Positions 48,558-57,916 of a stretch of 64,000 nt of DNA are shown here, piece after piece. Source of the DNA: a virus. The notes beneath the pieces were generated by a model, which was not told the origin of the DNA, searched no databases, and saw nothing but the letters and a program-made list of their open reading frames with translations. Numbering within the stretch: position 1 is the first letter of the stretch; every line of letters starts with the position of its first letter. Where the stretch lies: positions 32,001-96,000 of IMG/VR virus record IMGVR_UViG_3300044846_005100; one strand, written 5' to 3'. Both the position numbers and the translations under genes were made by a program.

Positions 48558-48626
48558 TGCAAAGTTACTGCGGATTCTATTCTCAATGTTAGCAATTTTG
48601 TTGCAATTTTATTAATTTTTGTTGCA
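48558..48626 (-). promoter_or_regulatory. Early promoter cassette 4
   Basis: Same architecture as cassette 1. Confidence 0.85.
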
Positions 48627-48634
48627 ACTTTATT

Positions 48635-48952
48635 TTAATTATTTTTTATTGTGTTTGGTTTAGGCTCTGCCATACTATCCTTTGAGGCACTACCTCCTTC
48701 GGGAACAACAAAGTCTTTTTTATCACTATTATAATAATACTTTTCTGCTTCCTCTATCTCGTGTACATAGGCTAATTTCAAATCTATCTCTCCGTTTTCT
48801 ATGCACATGAGTCTAATTAGTTTATCGGGTGCATAGTCTTCGGGTATTACCTCCACTCCCATGATAGGAAAAATTATTTTGGTGCTTTCAGGTACATATA
48901 CCATTGGCGTACCTGCCTTGCAACACTTAATTAATTCTTTTATAGTCTTCAT
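48635..48952 (-). CDS. Early hypothetical protein
   Basis: ORF. Confidence 0.7.
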   Translation of the reverse strand: MKTIKELIKCCKAGTPMVYVPESTKIIFPIMGVEVIPEDYAPDKLIRLMCIENGEIDLKLAYVHEIEEAEKYYYNSDKKDFVVPEGGSASKDSMAEPKPNTIKNN

Positions 48953-48955
48953 ATT

Positions 48956-49636
48956 CTATTGATTTTCTACTTTTTTATAGATACTCTCTCCGTTGCTAAA
49001 CGTTGCTAAACGTCCGTACTCTTCACTTGATTCTTTAAAGGCTTTTTCTACCATTTCAATTGCTTCTGCCTTTGTTTTTTCTACCCATTTAACTATGTTT
49101 TTAGCTTGCATAGCTTTTAAGCCTGCGTTCATTTCTGTAGTATATAAAAACTCCTCTTCCACTCTGTCCTCGTCTATTTCATAGCCGTTTATCATAACAT
49201 CATATTCCCAATCCAATGTAGCACCCTCGTAATAACCTGCCACGAGTTGCATTGTTATTTCAAAGGTACATTCTATATCCCCGAAATTTTTACTTTTTTG
49301 CATTTCAAAGAAATTTGTACAAGGATAATTTCTATCCATATCGCATTTATTTACGCAATAGCCATACCATTTTTTATACAAAGGATTTTCTTTTAATTTC
49401 TCGATAGTACAATCTTTTTGATGTTCTATATCATCTAAATCTATCTCTTCGGTTTCTACTCCCTCTGAAAGCATATTGTGTCCACAACTTTGGCACTCGT
49501 TTAATGTATCTAAATCATATTCCCAATCTCTATGTATTTCCTCACAATCTTGACAAACTTTTGTTTGAATCTCTTGGTTTGTAAGTACTACAAAGTAGTT
49601 GCTTGCGTTTGTTTTTGCGAAATTACTTGCACCCAT
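48956..49636 (-). CDS. Early acidic protein with a Zn ribbon
   Basis: Two CxxC, GYYEGATLDW, FSNGESIY. Confidence 0.8.
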   Translation of the reverse strand: MGASNFAKTNASNYFVVLTNQEIQTKVCQDCEEIHRDWEYDLDTLNECQSCGHNMLSEGVETEEIDLDDIEHQKDCTIEKLKENPLYKKWYGYCVNKCDMDRNYPCTNFFEMQKSKNFGDIECTFEITMQLVAGYYEGATLDWEYDVMINGYEIDEDRVEEEFLYTTEMNAGLKAMQAKNIVKWVEKTKAEAIEMVEKAFKESSEEYGRLATFSNGESIYKKVENQ

Positions 49637-49642
49637 ATTTTT

Positions 49643-49891
49643 TTATTTTTTAGTGTTATTTAATGTTTTTCTGAAATAATATTGTTCAATGTATCTCAAA
49701 GTATCTATAGCTTTAGATGATATTCTATCTTTGCCTATTTCAAACCCTATACTTTTAAGATAGGCTTTCTTTGTTTCTATACTATGAATATCTAAAAGAT
49801 TTTGACTATTTAGCCAATTAAAATAATGTGTATTTTCAATTGGAATACTTGTATCTATATCTTTAATTTTGAATAACGTATTTTTAGCCAT
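49643..49891 (-). CDS. Early hypothetical protein
   Basis: ORF. Confidence 0.7.
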   Translation of the reverse strand: MAKNTLFKIKDIDTSIPIENTHYFNWLNSQNLLDIHSIETKKAYLKSIGFEIGKDRISSKAIDTLRYIEQYYFRKTLNNTKK

Positions 49892-49970
49892 TTTAAGCGT
49901 GTTTATTTTTGTTTTGAATAAGAACGCCCACTCAAGGACGTTCTGTTTAAATTTGCTATATTAGAGTAGC

Positions 49971-50381
49971 TTAATTGATAGTAGGTAGATAGTTTAAAAA
50001 ATAATCTTCATCAAACCATTGCATAGTACCTTTATAATTATCATTGTATATTAATACTCCATTTGATTCAATTGATTCATAGTGTACCAATACGGCTATG
50101 GACTCTTGAAACGTGTCCTTACAAAGTATTTTTGTAGTGTCAAACAATATAGTGGCTAATTCCTCTACAAAAAAGTCTACATAAATTTTAACCACAATTG
50201 TAGGTTCTATTTGTAGCACTCCATTGGATTCATATTTACCTTCTCGCAATTGGCACAATATTTCAGTATTGTTTGCTTTTAAGCCTCCATACAATTCAAT
50301 GATTCTGTCTTTTGTTTTTTCAAAATCTAATTTGCCTAACGTTCCAATATTCATACCAACGTTTAATTCTATTTTACGCAT
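49971..50381 (-). CDS. Probable SAM lyase (T3 gp0.3-like anti-restriction protein)
   Basis: LNVG..G.Y..EPTIVV..LC..QESIAV..G.LI..F...YF pattern; start corrected to MRKIEL. Confidence 0.6.
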   Translation of the reverse strand: MRKIELNVGMNIGTLGKLDFEKTKDRIIELYGGLKANNTEILCQLREGKYESNGVLQIEPTIVVKIYVDFFVEELATILFDTTKILCKDTFQESIAVLVHYESIESNGVLIYNDNYKGTMQWFDEDYFLNYLPTIN

Positions 50382-50414
50382 GTTTTTTTCTTTTTTAATG
50401 ATTAATAAATATGA

Positions 50415-50482
50415 TGCAAAATTACTACCTTTGTGTATTGTGTCCAACAAGTTTTGTTGCAAAAAACACAACTTTTGTTGCA
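50415..50482 (-). promoter_or_regulatory. Early promoter cassette 5
   Basis: Same architecture as cassette 1. Confidence 0.85.
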
Positions 50483-50486
50483 ATTC

Positions 50487-50717
50487 TTAATAAGTTTTAT
50501 TTTTATATAGGCTTGAAATTCTTTGGTTACGCACCCTTGTATTTGTCTTTCTTACTGAAATTCTTATCATTTCAATAAAAGATACTACCAAAAATAAACA
50601 TCCATAAGATACAATAAAGATATAAATATCAAAGTGCAATATATCTAAAATCATTGCGTATGTACTTGATATTATTGTTATTGTGCTAATAGCCAGCACT
50701 AAAATTGTTTTTTTCAT
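50487..50717 (-). CDS. Small membrane protein
   Basis: Two hydrophobic segments. Confidence 0.7.
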   Translation of the reverse strand: MKKTILVLAISTITIISSTYAMILDILHFDIYIFIVSYGCLFLVVSFIEMIRISVRKTNTRVRNQRISSLYKNKTY

Positions 50718-50977
50718 TTTACTTTAATTTAATTTTTTTTATTAATACACGTTTCACATTGGAGGCATAAACCTAATTTATGTTTTTCTACAAAAAATAC
50801 ATTTTTACACGTATTATTTATGCAAAGTATTGGATATTTTTTCATTTTACTTTAATTTAATTTTGTTAAGTTTTTCTAAAATTAATACTATAAAAACTAT
50901 AAATATATACACTAAACAAGGTATAGTTGCTATTTTTAAGTCTGTGAACAAAAGTTCTTTTAATTCTACTATCATTT

Positions 50978-51217
50978 TTAATCTATTATTTCATTACCAA
51001 ACGTGTCTAAATTTTTACCCTCAAGTATATATATCATTGCTTCAAGGCTTTCATCCCCCCCGAATCCTTCTTCTTTTTCATGTACCTGCTTATATCTTAT
51101 CTCTATAGCTTTTTTAGCTTGTTGTTTTGATAGGTATGCACCTAAAAGTAAGCCCACCCCGAAACATATAATAAACATCCCGAATAAATTGTAATAGTTT
51201 AAACTTGTCTTTTTCAT
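50978..51217 (-). CDS. Small membrane protein
   Basis: N-terminal TM segment. Confidence 0.7.
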   Translation of the reverse strand: MKKTSLNYYNLFGMFIICFGVGLLLGAYLSKQQAKKAIEIRYKQVHEKEEGFGGDESLEAMIYILEGKNLDTFGNEIID

Positions 51218-51247
51218 TTTGATTATATTTTAAGTTGTTATTTAATA

Positions 51248-51496
51248 TTAATTTTCTACTATTTCATTTTCAAAAATAGATTGATACTTTTTTGGTAGTT
51301 TTTTATACTTTGTAATTTTGTGTCCACTACTCCATGAATTTATGAACGTCTCAAGGATAACAAACGAATTATTTAAGCCACTTAGCACCCAATGCCCCGA
51401 ACCCAAAACTCCCTCGTTAAATTGGTGCGCTATGCCCCCTTTATCAATATAATCATTGATTAATTTGTCCGCAGTTTGATAATTGTATAATTTCAT
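51248..51496 (-). CDS. Early hypothetical protein
   Basis: EGVLGSG..NSWSSGH..YKKLPKKY. Confidence 0.75.
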   Translation of the reverse strand: MKLYNYQTADKLINDYIDKGGIAHQFNEGVLGSGHWVLSGLNNSFVILETFINSWSSGHKITKYKKLPKKYQSIFENEIVEN

Positions 51497-51533
51497 ATCT
51501 TTATAATTTTAAGTTGTTATTATTTTAAATTTT

Positions 51534-51941
51534 TTATATTGTACTTTTTGAATAATTATTTACCAATTCTTTTATCTGATTTTCACTATATTTTTTGCAA
51601 ACATACTCCAATGCTTCTGAAATACTTGTAGCGTTTGGTACTTTTATAGTGGCTTTTGTTTTTAAATGTAGTGTATTTAATTCGGGTGCATATTTATGTA
51701 CCTCCAATCCAATTACTTTATTTTCAATCAAAGATAGTTTTTTCAATTCAAACGCTAAATTTACCACCTCTATAGTGAAATTAAATTTTTGAATATTTTC
51801 GGACGTTAAAGCCTCTAATTTGTCTATATTTTGAGTATAATAGTCAATCCTTAGCTTTTTAGCTTTTAACCCGAATTTGCCCTTACAATTCACTTTGTAT
51901 ATGCAATTTTTTACTAATTCTAATTTGTGTAATTTATTCAT
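51534..51941 (-). CDS. Early hypothetical protein
   Basis: ORF, start moved to the internal ATG. Confidence 0.7.
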   Translation of the reverse strand: MNKLHKLELVKNCIYKVNCKGKFGLKAKKLRIDYYTQNIDKLEALTSENIQKFNFTIEVVNLAFELKKLSLIENKVIGLEVHKYAPELNTLHLKTKATIKVPNATSISEALEYVCKKYSENQIKELVNNYSKSTI

Positions 51942-52021
51942 ATTTTTTATTTTTACTACTTGCACCCCGAAAGGTGCAACGCTTTTGGCTTAAAGTCTAT
52001 TTATAGTTGCCAAAACAACTT

Positions 52022-52186
52022 TTAGTGTATTATAACTCCATTCGGAGTACGTTCGATTTTTTTGCCTATAGATTCTAAATATCTATAGTATTCGGCTTTA
52101 TTCATAGTATATCCACCATTATTTGAATATCCTACACTACTTGGAACGTTTGACACTTGTGTTTCTTTTTTTTGATTTTGTACCAT
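52022..52186 (-). CDS. 54-aa early protein not in the ORF track
   Basis: MVQNQKKETQVSNVPSSVGYSNNGGYTMNKAEYYRYLESIGKKIERTPNGVIIH. Confidence 0.75.
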   Translation of the reverse strand: MVQNQKKETQVSNVPSSVGYSNNGGYTMNKAEYYRYLESIGKKIERTPNGVIIH

Positions 52187-52219
52187 TTTGATTATAATTT
52201 AAATTTATGAATAATTTGT

Positions 52220-52528
52220 TTAATTTGATTGAATTTTGCCATTTTTTACATCTATAATACCTTTAGGTATTTCCCCCCCTCTAAACATTACTTTTTGCCA
52301 CATTGGATAAAAGCACCCCGAAAAATATCTTACCGCAAAACAAGTACTATCAATTGCAATTAGTTTGTAATAGTTAGCCGAAACTCCAATTTCATTATCC
52401 ATGAATTTTGTAGTATTTGAGAAACCGTTGCCAAACCCCCTGCTATTATCTACAAGTCCATTTTTTTCTAATTGTAGCCAATTTGCTTTTGTTAAATCGT
52501 AAAAAACTAAATTTTTGTTATCTATCAT
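52220..52528 (-). CDS. Early hypothetical protein
   Basis: VRYFSGCFYP. Confidence 0.75.
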   Translation of the reverse strand: MIDNKNLVFYDLTKANWLQLEKNGLVDNSRGFGNGFSNTTKFMDNEIGVSANYYKLIAIDSTCFAVRYFSGCFYPMWQKVMFRGGEIPKGIIDVKNGKIQSN

Positions 52529-52734
52529 TTTAATATAATTTAATTTTGTGAATTTTGTTTTAATTCCTTAATAATAGTTTTAATACCACCTTGTAAATAT
52601 CCTATAGTATAGGCATGAGACACTTTTTTTTCAGTAAATTGTGTTTCACTATCTTGTAAAAGACTTTCCAAAGTTTTTAAAATTGCATTTTTTTGTTGAT
52701 TTTTCATTTTGATTATATTTTAATTTGTGAATAA

Positions 52735-53070
52735 TTAGTTTAATGTTATTAAAAAGTGTCTATCAAATTTATACCCTAATTCCTTAGCTATGTTATTGCA
52801 CGCCTTTAGCCAAAGGCTTGTATATAGCACCATTTTTGGACTTGTAGGATATTGTGTACCTAAATACCACAATATAGTATCTTTATTATCTATTTGACTT
52901 TGCAAACATTTGTATTTGTGCATAGATTCGCTTAACTCGCTTTTTGCCTCGTTTAACGTTTCACAATCTTTGAAAATAACATCCCAAACACTTTGTTCTA
53001 AATTATCATTGCTTTTAATAGCACCGCTTTTAATCATTGCAAATTTTGCTTTTTTACTTAATTTTTTCAT
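52735..53070 (-). CDS. First early gene, hypothetical
   Basis: Downstream of cassette 6; start MKKLSKK. Confidence 0.75.
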   Translation of the reverse strand: MKKLSKKAKFAMIKSGAIKSNDNLEQSVWDVIFKDCETLNEAKSELSESMHKYKCLQSQIDNKDTILWYLGTQYPTSPKMVLYTSLWLKACNNIAKELGYKFDRHFLITLN

Positions 53071-53197
53071 TTTATATTTTTTTAAGTTTTTAAATATTGT
53101 GTTTAACAGGAAACATAGTACACCCATTCACTTTTTGACATACCTCTAGCAGTAGCCTTTTAGTGCTTATGTACCAATCCCTCCCGATTAATAACAA

Positions 53198-53266
53198 TGC
53201 AAATATACAACATTCCGCACCCCTATTCCTACAACTTTTGTTACACAAAATAGTAATTTTGTTGCA
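53198..53266 (-). promoter_or_regulatory. Early promoter cassette 6
   Basis: Same architecture (one box is TGTAACAA). Confidence 0.8.
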
Positions 53267-54162
53267 AAAGTAAAATAATTTCACAAAGGCTTCTATCCCC
53301 TCCCTCCCGAATATTTGCTATAATGGATAATAGAGAGGCAATCCACAGAGAGGCTATAATGGATGAATATACGGAGTTTGTCCTATACCCAACTCTATAT
53401 TCTCCCACTCGATACAAAATCGTGGCTTAGAACGCAAATATGGAGGTCATTATATTTCATCCACTGAAATATTTACACAACTCCCCCGAATTTTCCCCGA
53501 ATCATATCATAATAAACTCCCCTCGATTGGGTTAAGTAATTACCGCCCCCACTTGTGTAGCGTACCGCCCGAACGTCCGCCCCTTGCCCTTTGTATATTG
53601 TACTAATGGAACGCACCGAGTACCCACGTCTATACATTGCCTTATATAACTACCGCCTTATATATGTATAAACTAACTCAAGCCTCCGCCACCACCACCC
53701 ACGCACCCGAACAAGTGCCACGAGTGCCACCCCCTCGTCTCGATTCGTCCGCCTCGATTCGTTCCGAGTGCCTCCGCCACGTCCTCCGCACCTCCTCCGA
53801 GTTATTTTTTTTTGGGTATGCAAAAACTCCACAGAACTTTTCTCAAGGGGGGATTTCAAAATTGGGCTTTGTATGGTGGGCTTCGTAGGGAGGATACCCC
53901 ATTTTTTATCCACACAAACCATTTCGGGTATGTGAGTAAAAAAAATAAAATGGTGATATGGGGGTGATGATTATTTTTTATCCTCATATATGATTTTGGG
54001 TAGAGGGTAAAAAAATTTTAGGGGGTGGGGGTATGGATCTTTTTTTTGGATTTTTTCTGGGTGATTTTTTAGGCTATTTTGGATATTCAAAAACTGCACA
54101 TAAATAAATAAAGAAGGGATAAAAAAAGTGCCCAGTAAAATCAAGGGTTCCGAGAGGGCAAA

Positions 54163-54402
54163 AGTACATTTTTGTACTTTTCGTGTACATTTTTGTACTT
54201 TTGACACGCTGAAACCCGCATTTCTTCGTTGAGGGGTTTTTAAAAAATGGGTGACTTAGGGGGTGACTTAGGGGGTTATAATTTGTAAAGTAAAATGCTT
54301 ATAATTTGTAAAATAATTCTTGCTATTTGTACAAAAGTTTGTATCTTTGTATTTTAAAAAATAGAAAAAATAATTATGTTCACAAAATAATTATGTTCAC
54401 AA
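54163..54402. repeat. Cluster of short duplications
   Basis: GTACATTTTTGTACTTTT x2, GGTGACTTAGGG x2, TTATAATTTGTAAA x2, AAAATAATTATGTTCAC x2. Confidence 0.8.
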
Positions 54403-54485
54403 TCCGTGAACAATAAAGAAAAATGAACAAGTATTAAAAAATGGTTGAAATAATAAAAAATAATAAATAATTTTTATAAAAAAAT

Positions 54486-54499
54486 TTGTATCTTTGTAT
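54486..54499 (+). promoter_or_regulatory. Bacteroidota -7 promoter box (also at about 54340, 56660 and 59043)
   Basis: TAnnTTTG consensus upstream of plus-strand genes. Confidence 0.65.
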
Positions 54500-54515
54500 T
54501 TTAAAATAATAAATA

Positions 54516-54899
54516 ATGAAAATAGCAATGTATGATTTGGAAGGAAACTTCCTAGATATTTTTGAAGTAAAGAGTTTCAAGGAATTGGAAACTTCTTTAG
54601 AGATTCCTAGTGGATCCTTGAGAGCATGTATAGTGGGTAAACAGTTGTCCACTATTAATAGACAATTCAGATTGGTGTCTGATAAAGGAAGATTGATTAA
54701 TAGAATTGGAGACATTTCCAGTCTTACTTCTGATTTTAATAAGCCAGTATTTAAGTTTTATAAGGGAAGGTATATTAATACATATTCTTCTGTGAGAAAT
54801 GCTTCAGAGATCAATGGTATAGATGAGGCAGCTATAAATAGATGCTGTAAAGGTAAGGGAAACTCTGCTGGAGGATTTGAATGGAAATATGCAAAATAA
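54516..54899 (+). CDS. NUMOD1-type DNA-binding protein (homing-endonuclease-derived)
   Basis: YDLEGNF, YSSVRNAS..INRCCKG..SAGGFEWKY. Confidence 0.8.
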   Translation: MKIAMYDLEGNFLDIFEVKSFKELETSLEIPSGSLRACIVGKQLSTINRQFRLVSDKGRLINRIGDISSLTSDFNKPVFKFYKGRYINTYSSVRNASEINGIDEAAINRCCKGKGNSAGGFEWKYAK

Positions 54900-54908
54900 A
54901 TAAGATAT

Positions 54909-55397
54909 ATGAATTATGTAACTTATCATGTTGGGGATGTTTTAGTGTTTGATCCAGAAAGCCCAAGGCCAATGAATGCAAACCCAGGATCTCAAGCAAG
55001 AGTAATACATCATAGTTCAAATTATGATAGTATGGTTGAGGTTGTATGGATTGATGGATTATCAAATGGCCAAGTAAATGGAAAATATTATAAACATAAT
55101 TTCAAAAAAGTTTGTAGTACTTTAGAAGAAAGTAATGGATGGCATTCTATGAGCATACCTAGCAATGGAGCATGGATAGAAGATTGTTCAGGTGTAGATA
55201 GACAAGGACCTTCTACATATTCTATCCCTGCTGACACTTTACCCTGGAATGAAAAAGAAGAAGAAGAAGAACCTGCTTCTAAAGAAGTAATAAAAGGCAG
55301 TTTAAAAAATATTTTAGATTGTATCAAAGAAGCTCCTGAGTTGGTAGATATTCTTGAAAGGATGGCAATCAATTACGTTAAAAACAAAAAGAAATAA
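54909..55397 (+). CDS. Hypothetical protein
   Basis: ORF. Confidence 0.75.
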   Translation: MNYVTYHVGDVLVFDPESPRPMNANPGSQARVIHHSSNYDSMVEVVWIDGLSNGQVNGKYYKHNFKKVCSTLEESNGWHSMSIPSNGAWIEDCSGVDRQGPSTYSIPADTLPWNEKEEEEEPASKEVIKGSLKNILDCIKEAPELVDILERMAINYVKNKKK

Positions 55398-55398
55398 A

Positions 55399-55578
55399 AT
55401 GAAAAAGTATTTAATAAATTTATTAATAATAACAGCAATATTTGCTTGTATGAGATTCTGTATAGAATTTGTATTTGGTTTAACACCTAATGAAGGCTTA
55501 AAATGGTTTTTATTAGTATGTTGGTTTTTTTGTATAGGTTTTGCAACTGCATCCCATTTAATTAGTTTATATGAATAA
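55399..55578 (+). CDS. Small membrane protein
   Basis: Hydrophobic ORF. Confidence 0.65.
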   Translation: MKKYLINLLIITAIFACMRFCIEFVFGLTPNEGLKWFLLVCWFFCIGFATASHLISLYE

Positions 55579-55888
55579 TATGATAGAACAATTAAGAGAA
55601 TATTTTGAAAATACTCCAAGAGAAAAAGTGTTAGAAGACTGGGGTAAAAGTGCTCATTTAGATAATGTGGGACCTACAATGGATGAATTCATGGATAATA
55701 CCTATGAAAATTGCATTAAGCAAGAAGCTTCTATATATGCAGAGGATTGGGAAGAAATCAATCAATTAGATTGGGAAACAATGGTTCCTATTGAAGTTAG
55801 TAAGATTGATTTTATTACAGGAGCCAAATCAGATTCTGCAAAAGCTTATTGGTATAATCAATTTTTAAAAGAAAGGGGAGAGATTTAA
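55571..55888 (+). CDS. Hypothetical protein
   Basis: ORF. Confidence 0.75.
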   Translation: MNNMIEQLREYFENTPREKVLEDWGKSAHLDNVGPTMDEFMDNTYENCIKQEASIYAEDWEEINQLDWETMVPIEVSKIDFITGAKSDSAKAYWYNQFLKERGEI

Positions 55889-55910
55889 AGTATTTCAATA
55901 AAAATATATT

Positions 55911-56096
55911 ATGAAAAATATAGAATTTTATGAGAAACTTTCGGCCCCATGTGATATACATGTCTGTACATGTGAGCAATGTAGGGCTGTGAAGAGAAAA
56001 ACAAAAAACAGATCTTTAAAAAAGAGAATAAAAAGACTTTTAAACAAAAAAAGAAGGAAACAATTTGGTAAAAAGATATGTTATATGTGGGGATAA
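55911..56096 (+). CDS. Small basic Cys-containing protein
   Basis: CTCEQC followed by a K/R-rich tract. Confidence 0.65.
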   Translation: MKNIEFYEKLSAPCDIHVCTCEQCRAVKRKTKNRSLKKRIKRLLNKKRRKQFGKKICYMWG

Positions 56097-56107
56097 AGTA
56101 AAATTAT

Positions 56108-56629
56108 ATGTACGAGAAGGTAATTAAATTAAAACATCACGAGAAAGCAGCTAAAATTAATTTAGAAACTGGAGCAGTGGAAGAAATTGAGGGTAAAGAA
56201 AGGGTTGTTAAGAAGCCAAAAGACCCTACAATGAATTTTTTTATCAGTTCCGAGAGCTATTCTAGGTTTTTTACAAAAGCTTGGTTACTTTTAGAGACTC
56301 AAACTACAGATGTTGAGTTTAAAGTTGCTTATAAGATGTCTATGATGGCCCATGCCTACACAAATAGTCTGGAACCATTAAGACCAGAGAGTACTATGAA
56401 GGAATTAGCGGATTTTTTTAATGTAGACAGAAGAAAAATTCTCACTATAATAGAAAAATTATTTAAATTAGGAGTTATTGGGAAGTTTCAGGTGTATGAT
56501 CGGTTTGAAAATCACCATAACTACTGGGTATTCAACCCATATTTATCTTTTAACGGCAAAATTATTAAAAAAGATGTACAAGGATTATTTGATAAGACAC
56601 ATTATGCTGCTTTAGCAAAGGATTTTTAA
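56108..56629 (+). CDS. RepL-like HTH protein
   Basis: INLETG, ELADFFNV, WVFNPY. Confidence 0.65.
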   Translation: MYEKVIKLKHHEKAAKINLETGAVEEIEGKERVVKKPKDPTMNFFISSESYSRFFTKAWLLLETQTTDVEFKVAYKMSMMAHAYTNSLEPLRPESTMKELADFFNVDRRKILTIIEKLFKLGVIGKFQVYDRFENHHNYWVFNPYLSFNGKIIKKDVQGLFDKTHYAALAKDF

Positions 56630-56687
56630 AAAAAAATAATTTGTATTTAAAAAAATAGTTGTATCTTTGCAAAATAAATATAAAAAT

Positions 56688-56897
56688 ATGTCAAATTCAA
56701 GTAAAAATTCAGGAGGAATAGGAATAGGTTTAATTATATTTCTCATATTCCTTACACTCAAATTAGCAAAAGTAGGAATAGTAGCTAATTGGTCATGGTG
56801 GACAGTAACAAGTCCGTTATGGGGGCCAATTGTAGCGGTGTTTTTGTTGGCTACTATCCTTAGCATTATCAATAAAGTATATGATATTGTAAGTTAA
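56688..56897 (+). CDS. Small membrane protein
   Basis: LKL..WSWWTVTSPLW motif. Confidence 0.75.
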   Translation: MSNSSKNSGGIGIGLIIFLIFLTLKLAKVGIVANWSWWTVTSPLWGPIVAVFLLATILSIINKVYDIVS

Positions 56898-56960
56898 TTT
56901 ATTTAAGTTATCCAGGGAACTATAGCCTTGGCGGTTGGCAACTCCGTATAAGTTGTATTT

Positions 56961-57031
56961 GCCTCTATGACCGAGTGGCTAGGTGTAGGTCTGCAAAATC
57001 TATTACGGAGGTTCGATCCCTTCTGGAGACT
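56961..57031 (+). tRNA. tRNA-Cys(GCA), one acceptor mismatch
   Basis: Loop CTGCAAA, GGTTCGATCCC, U73. Confidence 0.75.
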
Positions 57032-57058
57032 CTTTTTAAAACAAAAAACATTAAAATT

Positions 57059-57340
57059 ATGTATCAAAAATGTCCAATATGTAATGGAGCAGGAAAAATT
57101 ACTGAATTAGGTGTTTCCTACACTACTTGTCCTTCATGTAAAGGAGAAAGAATAATTTCTGAGTTAACAGGGTTGCCGCCAAAAAAACCTACAGAAACAG
57201 CAGTAAATCAAAATACTGATTTTCCTTTTAAACCTTTTATTAAATACAGTTGTTCAGGAGCTTGTTTTTGTGATGGAAGTTGCAAGAAAAATTCAGATAT
57301 TGATATAGATGCTTTAAAACTATTTGCAGGAATATTATAA
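57059..57340 (+). CDS. DnaJ-like Zn-finger small protein
   Basis: CPICNGAG, CPSCKGE. Confidence 0.7.
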   Translation: MYQKCPICNGAGKITELGVSYTTCPSCKGERIISELTGLPPKKPTETAVNQNTDFPFKPFIKYSCSGACFCDGSCKKNSDIDIDALKLFAGIL

Positions 57341-57357
57341 AATAATAACAAAAAAAT

Positions 57358-57672
57358 ATGTGTAGATTAATATGCATCAATGATGCAAACAGACCGAAAG
57401 AAATTCCAAAGAAAAAATGGATTACCAAAGACCAAGAGTACACTTGTATTTGGATTACTATTCACCCCGATCAAGGTAATATCCAGGGTGTAATGCTGGC
57501 CGAAGTTACTTTAGATGAAACCTGTGCTCCTTATGAGACTTATAAGCTGAGTAGATTTGGTATTCATATAGATGATTTGGAAGACTTTATTGCTTTGGCA
57601 AAAGAATGTAGTGGGTTTAGTTCAGATACAATTAAAGAAATTATAGAACAAGAAAATCTAGTAATGGTATAA
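57358..57672 (+). CDS. Hypothetical protein
   Basis: ORF. Confidence 0.75.
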   Translation: MCRLICINDANRPKEIPKKKWITKDQEYTCIWITIHPDQGNIQGVMLAEVTLDETCAPYETYKLSRFGIHIDDLEDFIALAKECSGFSSDTIKEIIEQENLVMV

Positions 57673-57673
57673 T

Positions 57674-57916
57674 ATGAATATAGAATATAGTAGTCCAGAA
57701 AAATACGCAGAACTTATCCTGAAGAATTATTTAAAAACACTTTCTTCTGGAGTTAGTAGAAACTTTGTTCAGCATTATGCAAAACAATGTGCTTTGAATG
57801 ATATTGAAAGCAGCATAAAATTATGGGAAAATATAGCTCCTCCTTATTTATCCTATGAGCCCTCATTAAACTTTTTAAAAGAAACAAAGAATTATATAGT
57901 TTCCTACCAATTTTAG
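57674..57916 (+). CDS. Hypothetical protein
   Basis: ORF. Confidence 0.7.
   Translation: MNIEYSSPEKYAELILKNYLKTLSSGVSRNFVQHYAKQCALNDIESSIKLWENIAPPYLSYEPSLNFLKETKNYIVSYQF

Larger units (their letters stand above)
53280..54500. other. Non-coding divergence region, candidate genome end, terminal repeat or origin
   Basis: Strand switch, C-rich then G-rich, short tandem repeats. Confidence 0.6.

Noticed and set aside
53637-54207. ORFs 53637-53888, 53650-53922 and 53971-54207
   Set aside because: They arise from low-complexity, skewed non-coding DNA.
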